Made by a program: the position numbers and the translations under genes. 64,000 bases of DNA from assembly GCA_963664305.2 (NCBI GenBank), contig CAXXLV010000001.1, positions 96,001 to 160,000 on the forward strand. Reading direction: 5' to 3'. The notes under the pieces are model-generated. The model searched no databases and was not told where the DNA came from. It was given only the letters and a program-made list of their open reading frames with translations. Below, one piece after another: positions 9,102 through 21,400 of the stretch; the stretch's first letter is position 1, and each line of letters begins with the position of its first letter. The DNA comes from an uncultured Aliarcobacter sp. (GTDB lineage Bacteria; Campylobacterota; Campylobacteria; Campylobacterales; Arcobacteraceae).

Positions 9102-10580
9102 ATGCTCTTCAATAGTTATGAATTTATATTTGCATTTCTACCAATAACATTTTTTATATACTTTTACCTAAATAGTAAAAGATTAACAGTTGCTTCAAAA
9201 GGATTTTTGGTATTTGCAAGTTTGTTTTTTTATTCTTGGTGGAATATTGGTTATTTGCCTCTAATTTTAATCTCTATGTTATTTAATTACACTGTTGGAA
9301 ATAGTTTATCTAAAAGTGATTATGGAAATAAAAATGGTTTAAAAAAAACATTTTCAAATAAATCTATTTTAGTTTTTGGAATAATAGTGAATTTATCACT
9401 TCTTGGATATTTCAAATATGCAGATTTTTTCATTGAAAACTTTAATTTAGTTACTTCTTCAAATGTAAATCTTTTACATTTAGTTTTACCTTTAGCAATA
9501 TCATTTTTTACTTTTCAACAAATAGCTTATTTAGTTGATAGTTATAGAGGTGAAACAAAAGAATATGACTTTTTAAATTATGCTCTGTTTGTTACTTTTT
9601 TCCCACAATTAATAGCAGGTCCTATTGTTCATCATAAAGAGATGATGCCTCAATTTGCATCTTCTTGGAATATGGTGAAAAATTATAAAAATATTGCTTT
9701 AGGTCTTTTTATATTTTCAATAGGATTGTTTAAAAAAGTTGTAATTGCTGATACCTTTGCAGTTTGGGCAACAGCAGGATTTGATACGGCAACAACTTTA
9801 AATCTTTTTGAAGCATGGGCAACAAGTTTAAGTTATACTTTCCAATTGTACTTTGACTTCTCAGGTTATACAGATATGGCAATAGGAGTAGCTTTACTAT
9901 TTAACATTAAACTTCCTATTAATTTTAACTCTCCATATAAAGCTCTAAATATTCAAGACTTTTGGAGAAGATGGCATATTACTTTAAGTCGTTTTTTGCG
10001 AGATTATATTTATATTCCTCTTGGTGGAAATAAAATATCTTCTTTTAGAACATACTCAAATCTATTAGCAACATTTGTAATAGGTGGACTTTGGCATGGA
10101 GCAGGATGGACATTTATATTCTGGGGATTTTTGCATGGGATAGCACTAATTATTCATAGAATCTGGTCAAACCTAGGCTTTAAAATGAATACAATCCTTG
10201 CATGGTTTATAACATTTAACTTTGTAAATATAGCATGGGTATTTTTTAGAGCAAAAGAGTGGGATGATGCTATTAAGGTTTTAAAGGGAATGGTTGGTCT
10301 TACTGAAATTATTCTATCTGAAAAATATAGTCTAAGTTTTTCTTTTTTAAGTAAATATGGAATTATTTTTGATAAAGTTACGGAAAACATTGGAGATGGA
10401 AGTAGAAGTTTGATTTGGATTTTATTTGGAACATTTTTTATTTTATTTTTTAAAAATTCTATAGAACAATCTAAAAAATTTTTAATAACTAATAAAACAC
10501 TAACTCTAACTATTATTTATTTTTTAAGCTCTATTTTATCACTTAACCAAATTTCAGAGTTTTTATATTTTAATTTCTAA
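9102..10580 (+). CDS. MBOAT family O-acyltransferase (AlgI/PatA/DltB-like)
   Basis: LPLAISFFTFQQIAYLVD, FFPQLIAGPIV, YFDFSGYTDMAIG, FWRRWHITLS, GLWHGAGW (catalytic His). Confidence 0.95.
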   Translation: MLFNSYEFIFAFLPITFFIYFYLNSKRLTVASKGFLVFASLFFYSWWNIGYLPLILISMLFNYTVGNSLSKSDYGNKNGLKKTFSNKSILVFGIIVNLSLLGYFKYADFFIENFNLVTSSNVNLLHLVLPLAISFFTFQQIAYLVDSYRGETKEYDFLNYALFVTFFPQLIAGPIVHHKEMMPQFASSWNMVKNYKNIALGLFIFSIGLFKKVVIADTFAVWATAGFDTATTLNLFEAWATSLSYTFQLYFDFSGYTDMAIGVALLFNIKLPINFNSPYKALNIQDFWRRWHITLSRFLRDYIYIPLGGNKISSFRTYSNLLATFVIGGLWHGAGWTFIFWGFLHGIALIIHRIWSNLGFKMNTILAWFITFNFVNIAWVFFRAKEWDDAIKVLKGMVGLTEIILSEKYSLSFSFLSKYGIIFDKVTENIGDGSRSLIWILFGTFFILFFKNSIEQSKKFLITNKTLTLTIIYFLSSILSLNQISEFLYFNF

Positions 10581-10589
10581 GGTAATAAA

Positions 10590-11633
10590 ATGAAAGCCAA
10601 AAAATGGATTAATAAATTTATTATATTTTCTTTTTTGATACTATTATTAATTGTAAGTATAAATTATATAATCGATCCACTATGGACTTTTTCACATTCT
10701 AATAGATTTAATAACACTCAAGATGGCTTTGATGAAAGACAGCAAAAAAGTAATTTTATTTTTAATAATGGATTAAAAGATTTTGATGGAATTCTTTTAG
10801 GAAGTAGTAGAACAACATTTATTAATCAAAACAGCTTTAAAAATATGAAAATTTATAACTATTCATTTAATGCAATGAAACCTAATGAATATAAAGACTA
10901 TATAAATTTTGCAAAAAAATGTAAAGGTAAAGATTTTAAATATATTATTATAGGTTTAGATTTTTTTGGAACAAATCTTTTAAGTGAAGTAAAAATAAAA
11001 GAGCCTAATTATTATATAAATACAACTCAAAATTCATTTTATAAATATAAAATGTTATTGTCTTTTTCAACTTTAAAAAAATCTTTAAAAAATATCAAAA
11101 ATTCTTTAGTTGGTGAAAAACTATTTTATGATAGAAATAATATAAAATATCAATCTGTAGTTAGTGAAAAAGAAAGAATAAAAAAATTTTCAATGAACAT
11201 GATATCACAACCTTCAAATTTTGATGATTCAAAATATTTTTATAATAGTGAATATATAAATATTTTAAAAGAATTAAAAAATGAAAATCCAAATACAAAA
11301 TTTATAATTTTTACTTCAGCCATTACTTCTAATTTATTAATTTCTATTTTAGAAGATAAAAAAAGAATTAATGAATATGAAAGATGGTTAAAAGAAACTC
11401 TGGAAGTATTTGGAGAAATAAATCATTTTATGACAATCAATTCCATTACAAAAAATTTAAATAATTATCCAGATGCGGATCATGCTTACCCAAATATTGT
11501 TAGTCTTATTGCCCAAAAGATATCCGAAACAAACAGTGAAGACATACCAAAAGATTTTGGGATTTTACTCACAAAATCAAATATAGATAATTTTTTTAAA
11601 AATTTAAAAATTGAGATAAATAATTATAAATAA
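10590..11633 (+). CDS. Membrane-anchored periplasmic SGNH-like partner of the MBOAT (DltD/AlgJ-like role)
   Basis: N-terminal TM, LLGSSR (block I-like Ser), C-terminal DADH (DxxH); starts 9 nt after the MBOAT gene. Confidence 0.6.
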   Translation: MKAKKWINKFIIFSFLILLLIVSINYIIDPLWTFSHSNRFNNTQDGFDERQQKSNFIFNNGLKDFDGILLGSSRTTFINQNSFKNMKIYNYSFNAMKPNEYKDYINFAKKCKGKDFKYIIIGLDFFGTNLLSEVKIKEPNYYINTTQNSFYKYKMLLSFSTLKKSLKNIKNSLVGEKLFYDRNNIKYQSVVSEKERIKKFSMNMISQPSNFDDSKYFYNSEYINILKELKNENPNTKFIIFTSAITSNLLISILEDKKRINEYERWLKETLEVFGEINHFMTINSITKNLNNYPDADHAYPNIVSLIAQKISETNSEDIPKDFGILLTKSNIDNFFKNLKIEINNYK

Positions 11634-11646
11634 TTATAAATAATTT

Positions 11647-12732
11647 TTATATAAACTTAGAATAAACTTCTAAAGTTTGATTTACCATATTTTCTAAAGA
11701 AAAATTAGAAGCTATATAATTGTATCCATCAAAACTTAGATTTCTCGATTTTAAAATATCACTTGCTAACTCTTCTTCAGCACCTACTTCAAAGAAAAAG
11801 CCATTTTCATTTTCTATAATTATATCTTTTACACCACCATGGTTTGTAGCAATTACTGATGTATTCATTGCTATTGCTTCAGCAACTGCTCTTCCAAAAC
11901 TTTCAGGTTTTTTTGATGAACTAACAACAACATCACTTAAAGCATAAATTTCTGCTATTTTGCTTTGACTTCCAATAAAAATGATATTATCTTCCAAATT
12001 CAATTCTTTTATCAAATTTCTCAAAGAATTTAAATAATCTTCCTTATCACTTCTTGTTCCACCAACAATCAAAGCTTTTAATTGAGGAATTTCTTTTTTT
12101 ACTAAATTTATTGCTTTGATAAAAGTCTCATAATCTTTTAGTTGAGTTATTCTTCCAACACTTGAGATTATAAATTTATCTTTTAAATCATATTTTTCTT
12201 TAAACTCATTTATAAAATTTATATCAATATTTTTAGGATTAAAAAGTTCTAAATCAATTCCTCTAGGAATTACTGTAATTTTAGATTCATTTGTTTGATA
12301 ATTTTTTTGAATATACTCTTTTATGCTATTACTAACACATATAACTGCATCTGCTTTCTGCATAATTGAACTATAAAAACCTACACTATTAAATCCATGA
12401 ACTGAACTAACTACTTTTATTTTTAGACTTTTATTTGCAAAATAAACAAGCCATGCAGGAACACGACTACGTACATGAATAATATCAGGTTTTATCTCTT
12501 TTAATATTTTTTTTAAACCATTTATTCTTGAAATTGCAGTAAAAATATTTTTACTACAAACATCATATTTTATAAAAGTTCCACCATCAATATTTATTTG
12601 ATTTTCAAGTTTTCCACCTAAACTTATTACAAAAGAAGTTATTCCTTTTTTAACAAATTCACGATTTAGTTCTACAACCCCTCTTTCTACTCCACCTTCA
12701 TTTAGTTCAGGTAATAATTGAACAACTCTCAT
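11647..12732 (-). CDS. GT4 LPS core glycosyltransferase, LpsB-like
   Basis: QLLPELNEGGVERG, HVRSRVPAW, VHGF, GRITQLKD, KPESFGRAVAE; matches my recollection of Acinetobacter LpsB. Confidence 0.85.
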   Translation of the reverse strand: MRVVQLLPELNEGGVERGVVELNREFVKKGITSFVISLGGKLENQINIDGGTFIKYDVCSKNIFTAISRINGLKKILKEIKPDIIHVRSRVPAWLVYFANKSLKIKVVSSVHGFNSVGFYSSIMQKADAVICVSNSIKEYIQKNYQTNESKITVIPRGIDLELFNPKNIDINFINEFKEKYDLKDKFIISSVGRITQLKDYETFIKAINLVKKEIPQLKALIVGGTRSDKEDYLNSLRNLIKELNLEDNIIFIGSQSKIAEIYALSDVVVSSSKKPESFGRAVAEAIAMNTSVIATNHGGVKDIIIENENGFFFEVGAEEELASDILKSRNLSFDGYNYIASNFSLENMVNQTLEVYSKFI

Positions 12733-12735
12733 ATA

Positions 12736-13614
12736 CTATATTTTCACTTTTTTTAATAATTTTGCAAAATTAATTTTTTCATTATCCATATCTTCAATTA
12801 TATTTACCAATCTATGAAATTTAGTATTCTCTTTCTTTGAATCTAAATCTATAATATTAATTTTTGCATCACTATTTGCTCTAACTTCACTTAACATTGA
12901 TGTTGAATCTGTTGTAATGAAAAACTCATCACAAACTGCTATAAAATCTCCAATTGGATTTATATTTGGTTCTTTTGAATAAATAAGCTTATAATCAAAT
13001 TTATATTTATCAAGTAAGTTTTCAATCAATTTTGGAGTTCTTCTTGAAGTTGTAACATATTTTAAATATTCAGGATATTTTTCAAATATATAATCTAATT
13101 CATCTTTAATTAATTCATATTCCATGTGAAATACGTCATTATCTCCACCAATAATTACAGCTAAAGATTTTTTATCTTCAACTTTTTTCACATAACCTTT
13201 TTCTTTAGGATATGATAGATTTAAAGGAAGAGTCAAAATGTTATCTAATCTTACTGGATTATCATGTTCTTGAGCGATTATATAATAAAAGTTTTTGAAT
13301 TTATAAGATTTTGGAAGCATCAAAGCAATTGATTTTTTATTATATTTTTGACCTATAAATTTGTTAAAGTAATAAGTTCCTGAACCAGTACTAACAACTG
13401 CATCATAAAAATCAAAATAATACTTTTTATAATCTTCAAATAAAAAGTCCGTAAAAAAATCAAACTTGTCAAAGACATAAGATAAAAGCTTATGAAATTT
13501 AGATTTAAACTTCACTTCTAAAATATCATAACTTACATCTTTAATTTTACAAAAAGCAATTGATTGATTTAAGTGTCCTGGCTTACCATCACTTATTATT
13601 AGAATTCTTTTCAT
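12736..13614 (-). CDS. ELM1/GtrOC1 family putative glycosyltransferase
   Basis: ISDGKPGHLNQS, EHD, IIGG, TTSRRTP and TTDSTSMLSE, all ELM1-family motifs. Confidence 0.88.
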   Translation of the reverse strand: MKRILIISDGKPGHLNQSIAFCKIKDVSYDILEVKFKSKFHKLLSYVFDKFDFFTDFLFEDYKKYYFDFYDAVVSTGSGTYYFNKFIGQKYNKKSIALMLPKSYKFKNFYYIIAQEHDNPVRLDNILTLPLNLSYPKEKGYVKKVEDKKSLAVIIGGDNDVFHMEYELIKDELDYIFEKYPEYLKYVTTSRRTPKLIENLLDKYKFDYKLIYSKEPNINPIGDFIAVCDEFFITTDSTSMLSEVRANSDAKINIIDLDSKKENTKFHRLVNIIEDMDNEKINFAKLLKKVKI

Positions 13615-14500
13615 ATATCTCTCTATAATGACTTTTAAATCTTTTATGTGGCCAGAACCACTGTTTTTTATCTTCTTTTATTATAGCAGATATTGCATTA
13701 GCTTCTAATTGAGAAATAATTTTTATATCATTTTTTTCATCATCAGTTTTTACAGGAACAATTGGTTCATAAATTTTTATTTTATATGTGTAATCTTCTT
13801 GATTAAAAATTGCAAGTGGCACAATATAAGCATCAAATTTTCTAGCTAATAATGCACTTGAAGCTGATTGGTATGCTCTTCTACCTAGAAATTCAACCTC
13901 TTCTCCGTCTCTTGAATTTATATTTTGGTCAATAATTAAAGAAACTGCCTCTTTTTTCATCATTGCTTTTACAAGTTTCTTTAAAGCACCATCTCTAAAA
14001 ACTATTTTACTTCCCGATGCTTCTCTTGCTTTTACTATAAATTCATCAATCTCACTAAAATTTGATTCTCTAGCTACTTGATGTAAAGGTGTCACAAATT
14101 TATTTATATAGCAACTTAACATCTCCATATTACCAAAATGTGCAGAAATCAAAATAATTGGTTTATTCTCTTTTTTTAGATTTAAAAGTATCTCTTCATT
14201 TTCTATTTTAACTGTTCTTTTTAATTCTTCATCAGTCACATCTAAATTTTCTATTAAAGATTGAACCCATAAAACCATATTAAAATATGAATATTTTTGA
14301 ATACTTTTTATTTCATCATTAGATAAAGAATTATTAAAAACGAAATTTAAATTTGTTTCTATTACTTTATTTGTATTTTTTGCAAATAAGTAACCACAAT
14401 ATGCTAAAAATCTAAAAAAAGCTCTTCTTATTGATTTTGGTAGTTTTCTTAAAATAAAAACAACTACCAAAAAAAGTCTATAAACTACTTTTTTCATCAT
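13589..14500 (-). CDS. htrB: Lipid A secondary acyltransferase (HtrB/LpxL family)
   Basis: AHFGNME (HxxxxE), IIDQ and QWFWPHKRFK. Confidence 0.92.
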   Translation of the reverse strand: MMKKVVYRLFLVVVFILRKLPKSIRRAFFRFLAYCGYLFAKNTNKVIETNLNFVFNNSLSNDEIKSIQKYSYFNMVLWVQSLIENLDVTDEELKRTVKIENEEILLNLKKENKPIILISAHFGNMEMLSCYINKFVTPLHQVARESNFSEIDEFIVKAREASGSKIVFRDGALKKLVKAMMKKEAVSLIIDQNINSRDGEEVEFLGRRAYQSASSALLARKFDAYIVPLAIFNQEDYTYKIKIYEPIVPVKTDDEKNDIKIISQLEANAISAIIKEDKKQWFWPHKRFKSHYREIYEKNSNNK

Positions 14501-15965
14501 AAAATCTTTATTTCTAAATTTTCTGGACTTTCAAGTTTATCAATATTCGATTCAATCAAAAATGATTTGTTTGGTAAAGTTATCTCTAAAAGATTATCTT
14601 TTAAAGTATACTCAACATTTGGTCTTGAGAAGTCTTGATTTACTGCTAAATTTAATGAAATCATAAATGACATCCATTGCATAACTCTCAATGATGGTAA
14701 TAAATCCTCATATTTTGAAATATCACTTTTTGTTGGAAGTGATTTTTTTGAAAATTTTATTGTATGAGCAACTATCATTCTTGATGTATGTAAAAAATCA
14801 TAATTTAAACCATTTAAAATAAAATCAAAAGCATTATCATTTGATTTATAAAAATTCAGTGTTGAACCAATCGAATGAAGTTTTGAAGAAATAACAAGTA
14901 AACTTCTAGATTTTTCATCTAAATTATGAAGAGGTTTTAAAACATCAAATATTTTTTTTGCATTATTACCTAAATATGCACTTTGTTTATCATCAATTTG
15001 AAATCTATCAAGTAAACTTCTAACACTTACATTGAAATTTTCAGGGAATTTATGATTTGAATTTCTCAATAAATCAGTTAAATAAACTCCTTCTCTAACT
15101 CCAACTCCTGATGTTACAACTTTTTCAATTTTTAATTCATCTAAAATTGTCTTAAAGATAAATGCTCCCTCTTTTATTGTATCAAATCTATCTTTTTTTA
15201 CCCCAAAAGATTTTAAATCGTCATTATCTCTTGCTCTTGAAATTCTATCAAATAGAGAAATCTCATTTCTTACATCATATGTAAAACCATGTAAAATATC
15301 TAATGGATATTGATTTTTAGCCATAATTAATTTAGATAAAGCTCTAATACTTCCACCAATTCCTACAACTTTTTGAGGAATTTCAATATCTAAATCAAAA
15401 ATCTTTTTTAAATTATCTAAAATATATTTTTTTGCACCTTCAATATTGTTTTTATTAAAATAAAGTTCTTTTATTCTTACAGTTCCAATATTTAATGAAA
15501 TTGATTTTTCAATTTTTCCATTTTTAACAAATGAAAATTCTGTTGAACCACCACCAATATCAACTGTTACAAAAGTATCATCATGTAATAAATTCGAAGC
15601 TGCGACTCCACCAAAATAAGCTTCTTTTTCCCCATCAATTACTTTGATATTTAAACCTAATTCATTTTTTACTCTGTTAATAAAAACTTTTGAATTTGGC
15701 GCATCTCTTAGTGCAGATGTAGCTACACATATAATTTTTCTTGATTTTAATGCATTTGATATATTTAAAAAAGATTTTAAAGATTCATAAGCTCTTTGCA
15801 TAGGTATATCTTGAAGATTACCATCATTTTCATAACAACCCTCAGATATTTTTACCCTACTTTTAGTCTCATTTATAAGACTAAATGCAAACCTACTACT
15901 TTTCTGTAAGACAACCATCCTCATTGAATTTGAACCAATGTCGATGATTGTAGTCACTTTAGACA

Positions 15966-15966
<1 letters not shown>
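14497..15966 (-). CDS. ppx: Ppx/GppA exopolyphosphatase
   Basis: IDIGSNSMR, ATSALRDAPN, DIGGGSTE, GVREG. Confidence 0.95.
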
Positions 15967-16241
<275 letters not shown>

Positions 16242-16263
16242 TTAATTGTCTTGGAGTTATAAC

Positions 16264-17016
16264 CTAAAATTCTTTAATAATTTCTTTAAGTAAGTTATAT
16301 CTTTCTTCATTTTTTGTTATAAACAAATATTCGTTTGTTTTATAAATGTACAAATCTTTACAAATATACAACGCTGCAGCAATATCAAATTCTCTTATAT
16401 TTCCACCATATAAAACAAATTCATAATTAAAAGCATTACTTAAACTTAGTGCTACGGCTCCTAAAGTTCTAAATTTTATATGATTTGAAGCTAATTTTTC
16501 ACAAATTTTTGGATAATTATAAGCTCTTTCAAAAATTGATATTTTATTTTTTGGAACTTCTATCACATTTTTATATTCCATTTTTTCTAAAGAAAAAAAT
16601 CTAATATCATTTTCAAATGCTCTGTAAGTAATAATGCCAGAAATTAAATTTGTAACAAACCCTGCAACTGTTTCATTATTTTTTTGTAAAGCAATAGAAG
16701 TTCCATAATATGGTAAATTTGAATAAAAATTATTACTACCATCTAATGGATCAATTACTATTGTAAACTCTTTATCATTTGATAATAATCCTGATTCTTC
16801 AGAATAAATATTTCCAAATTTTTCAAGTTGTTTTATAAAAATATTTTCTGCAGTTAAATCCATATTTAAAGAATTATCACCACCAAAACCAAAAGTATTT
16901 GTGTATTGAAAATCATTTAAAGATAGATTATTATTTATGTAAGTATGTAGTTCTTTATTTGCAAGCTTTACAGCCTCTATAAAAGAATCTTTATATAAGG
17001 CTGTAATATTTTTCAT
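16264..17016 (-). CDS. Inositol monophosphatase / FBPase superfamily protein
   Basis: SEESG, IDPLDGSNNF and DIAAA motifs. Confidence 0.88.
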   Translation of the reverse strand: MKNITALYKDSFIEAVKLANKELHTYINNNLSLNDFQYTNTFGFGGDNSLNMDLTAENIFIKQLEKFGNIYSEESGLLSNDKEFTIVIDPLDGSNNFYSNLPYYGTSIALQKNNETVAGFVTNLISGIITYRAFENDIRFFSLEKMEYKNVIEVPKNKISIFERAYNYPKICEKLASNHIKFRTLGAVALSLSNAFNYEFVLYGGNIREFDIAAALYICKDLYIYKTNEYLFITKNEERYNLLKEIIKEF

Positions 17017-17020
17017 TTTA

Positions 17021-18397
17021 TTATGCTAAATCTCTTATGATAGCTTTTGCAGCTTCTCTTCCATCAACTGCAGCAGTTACAGCTAAGTGAGCACCTCTTC
17101 TACAATCTCCACCAGCATAAACTTTTTTGTTTGAAGTTTTGAAATTAGAATCAATTACAATTCCACCCCATGAATTTGTTTCAACATTTAATTCTTTTAA
17201 AAATGCTGGAACTTCTGGAGAGAAACCAAGTGCTAAAATTACAATATCAGCTTCTTCAAGATATTCACTACCTTCATTTATTACAACTTTTTGTCTTCCT
17301 GAAGAATCTGGTTCACTCATTGAAGTTTCAAGTAATTCAACTGCAACAGCTAAGTTATTTTCTACTTTGATAGATTTAGGTGCAACATTAAATACAAATT
17401 CAACACCCTCTTCTTTAGCATTAACAACCTCTTTTTTAGATCCAGGCATATTTTTTTCATCTCTTCTATAAAGACATTTAACAGTTTCTGCACCTTCTCT
17501 AACTGATGTTCTAACGCAGTCCATCGCAGTATCTCCACCACCAATAACAACAACTCTTTTATCTTTAACATCAATGTAATTTACATTATTGTTTCCAAGA
17601 TTTCTTTTTTGAATTCCTGTTAAAAAATCAATTGCGAAATATACATTTGATGCATCTTCACCATCAATTTTAACTTTGTTACTTGCTGTTGCACCAATAC
17701 CTAAGTAAATAGCATCAAAATCTTTTTCTAAATCAGAAATTAATTTATCTTTACCAATCTCGCAATTTGTATGTAATTTCATTCCAGCTTCAAGTAACCA
17801 GTTAATTCTTCTATCAACTGTTGTTTTATCAAGTTTAAACCCTGGAATTCCATACATTAAAAGTCCACCTGCTCTATCTGCTCTTTCAAACATTTCAACT
17901 TCAAAACCTTTTCTTAAAAGGAAAGTTGCTGCAGAAATTCCAGAAGGTCCAGAACCAATAACAGCTACTCTTTTTCCATTTTTCTTAGTTGTAAATTGAG
18001 GTTTTAAACCATTTTCAAAAGCATTTTCTGAAATATATGTTTCAATAGCACCAATTGAAATTGCACCATGTCCAGTATTTAAAGAACATGCACCTTCACA
18101 TAATACATCTTGAGGACAGATTCTTCCTAAAATTTCTGGGAAAGGAGATGTTTCATTTGATAAAGCAAATGCTAAATCTGGGTTTTTCGTTGCTGTTTGT
18201 TTTAACCATGCAGGAATATAATTTCCTAATGGACAACCAGTATGACAATATGGGTCACCACATTGCATACATCTATCAGCTTGTTCTGTTGCTCTTTGTT
18301 TAGTAAATACTTGATAAACTTCATCAAAGTCTTTCAATCTTTGAAGAACATCTCTTTTTTCAGGATTTACTCTTTCAAATTTTGTAAAATTTAACAT
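17021..18397 (-). CDS. gltD: Glutamate synthase small subunit
   Basis: RCMQCGDPYCHTGCP, GRICPQ..CEGAC, GSGPSG, GGGDTAMDC; follows gltB. Confidence 0.97.
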   Translation of the reverse strand: MLNFTKFERVNPEKRDVLQRLKDFDEVYQVFTKQRATEQADRCMQCGDPYCHTGCPLGNYIPAWLKQTATKNPDLAFALSNETSPFPEILGRICPQDVLCEGACSLNTGHGAISIGAIETYISENAFENGLKPQFTTKKNGKRVAVIGSGPSGISAATFLLRKGFEVEMFERADRAGGLLMYGIPGFKLDKTTVDRRINWLLEAGMKLHTNCEIGKDKLISDLEKDFDAIYLGIGATASNKVKIDGEDASNVYFAIDFLTGIQKRNLGNNNVNYIDVKDKRVVVIGGGDTAMDCVRTSVREGAETVKCLYRRDEKNMPGSKKEVVNAKEEGVEFVFNVAPKSIKVENNLAVAVELLETSMSEPDSSGRQKVVINEGSEYLEEADIVILALGFSPEVPAFLKELNVETNSWGGIVIDSNFKTSNKKVYAGGDCRRGAHLAVTAAVDGREAAKAIIRDLA

Positions 18398-18401
18398 TCT
18401 A

Positions 18402-21400
18402 TTAATCTCCCTTGTCCGGATCCAGTGGTAACACTGTCATATTTTTTGGTTTTACCATCCAGAAATTTCTAATTTCTGCTCTAAAATTTTGTAAGATATA
18501 TTCAGCTATTTCACTTTGTGTTTCGTGTAAATAATCTAATAATAATCTTTTTAAATATAATCTTTCTCTTTCAGTATCATCTGTATCAACTCTAACTGGT
18601 TCGATTAACTCTTGATTCATTTTATCAACAAAAGTTTTTTCTGGGTCGTAAACAAATGCTAAACCACCTGTCATACCTGCTCCAAAATTGATTCCAGTAT
18701 TTCCTAAAATTACAGCAATACCACCAGTCATATATTCGCATGGATTATCACCAGTTCCTTCAACAACTGCTATAGCTCCAGAGTTTCTTACTCCAAATCT
18801 TTCCCCAACTGCTGCTCTAACGTAAAGTTTTCCACCAGTTGCTCCATATAAACAAGTATTACCAGCACCTGCGAAACTTGGCCCTTGATGTGCTGGATTA
18901 ATGATGATTTTTCCACCATTCATACCTTTTCCAACATAATCATTTGCTGCACCTTCAAGATGTAAATTCATACCTTTAGATAAGAATGCACCAAAAGATT
19001 GACCAGCAATTCCTTTTAAATTAATTGTAATTGAATTTTCTGGAAGTCCTTTATCACCATAGAATCTTGCAATTTCTCCAGAAATCAATGCACCAAAACT
19101 TCTATTTAAATTAGATATTTCAGCACTTACTTTTACAGGAGAACTTGGATTTTCTATAGTTCTATGAACTTTTTTCAATAATTCTTTTTCAAATTTATTA
19201 TCATCAAAAGGAGCATTTGTATCTTTTTGACAAGTATCAATTCCATCAACTCTTCTTAAAATATTTTGGAAATCAAATTTTTGTGCAAATTTATCATCAA
19301 TAACTTTTAATAAATCACTTCTTCCAACAATCTCTTCAATAGTTTTATAACCTAAACTTGCAAGAATATTTCTAACATCTTCAGCTATAAATGTGAAATA
19401 AGAAATTAATCTTTCAACTGTTCCTGTAAAGTGGTCTCTTAATGTCTCATCTTGAGTTGCAACCCCAACAGAACATTTATTTGTATGACAAATTCTTAAA
19501 ATTTTACATCCAAGTAATGTTAATGAAGCTGTTCCAAATGCATAAGACTCTGCACCTAACATTGCAGCTTTTACAACATCAAGACCTGTTTTTAATCCAC
19601 CATCTGTTTGAACATGAACAAACTCTCTTAAATGGTTAGCTTTTAAAGCATTATGTGCTTCAGAAAGTCCCATTTCCCATGGATTTCCTGCATGTTTAAT
19701 TGATGTTAATGGAGCAGCACCTGTTCCACCATCTCCACCAGAAATAATGATTTTATCTGCATAAGCTTTTGCAACACCGGCTGCAATTGTTCCAACACCA
19801 ATTGAAGATACAAGTTTTACTGTAATTTTAGCTAATGGATTAATTTGTTTTAAGTCAAAAATTAATTGAGCTAAATCTTCAATTGAATAAATATCATGGT
19901 GTGGTGGTGGTGAAATTAAAGTAACACCTGGAACTGTATGTCTTAATGTAGCAATAAGTCCTGTTACCTTATGTCCTGGTAATTGTCCACCCTCACCTGG
20001 TTTTGCACCTTGAGCAACTTTAATTTGTAACTCTTCTGCACTTCTTAAATATGCTGGAGTTACCCCAAATCTTCCTGATGCAACTTGTTTAATTTTAGAA
20101 TTTCTAATAGTCCCAAATCTTTTTGCATCTTCTCCACCCTCACCTGAGTTAGACATACCACCAATTGTATTCATTGCTGTTGCCATTGCTTCGTGAGCTT
20201 CAGGAGAAATAGAACCTAATGACATAGCAGCAGTTGCAAATCTTTTGAAAATATCTTCTTTTGATTCAACTTCGCTAATATCAATAGCTTTTCTATCAGA
20301 ATTAAATTCTAAGAAGTCTCTAATAAACTTTTTATCTCTATTTTTTACTAATTCTCTTAATCCTTCAAAATCAGTAATATCTTCTTTTGAAGTAGCTTGT
20401 TTATTATGCATAGCTTTTGTAGTTGCTGGACCATAATCATGGTATTCCCCACCATTTGAATATTTATAGAATCCACCTAAATCAAGAGGGAAAACTGTAT
20501 TTTCTTCTTTAAATGCATTATGATGAGATTTATTAATTTTTTCTTCAATATCACTATAATTTAAACCAGCTAATTCACTATGTGCACCTGTAAAACAGTC
20601 ATTAATGATTTCATCACTTAAACCAATAATATCAAATAAACCAGAATTTCTATACGAAGCTATTGTACAGATTCCCATTTTTGACATAATTTTTAATAAA
20701 CCTGCATTTACAGATTTTTGTGTATTTTTTAAATATTTTTGCATTTCATATTTTGTTGGTTTTTCTCTTTGGAAAAATGCAACAGTAGATGCATACATCA
20801 TATAGGGATAAATTGCTGTAACACCAAATGCAATTAAAACAGCTGCCATATGTGGGTCATAAACTTCACCAGTAATTGAAACAATAGAAGCTTTATGTCT
20901 GATTCCCTCTTTTAATAATTTTTGATTTACGTAACCAACAGCCATTGCTGCAGGGATTACTTTCTCATTTTCATTAACAGCTCTATCATCTAAAATAATT
21001 ACAGATACACCATCTTCTTTAACAGCCTTAACAACATAAGAAGCTAATTTTTCTAATGATGCTTTTAAATCTGATTTAAAAGTTGTAGAGAAAATTCTAT
21101 TTTTATAATATTCTTCATATCTTGGTGATTTTTCATCTCCAAAAGAGTAAAGAACATCATATTTTTCTTTCATTAAAATAGGACTTGTTACTTTTAATCT
21201 TCTTGCATATTCTGGTTTTTCATCTAAAATATTATGAATTTTACCAAAACCAGTTTCTAAAGACATTACCACTTTTTCTCTATATGGATCGATTGGTGGA
21301 TTTGTAACTTGTGCAAATTTTTGTCTAAAGAAATCAGTAAAATTTCTATTTACTTTTGAAAAACATGCTAATGGAGTATCATCTCCCATTGATCCAACTG

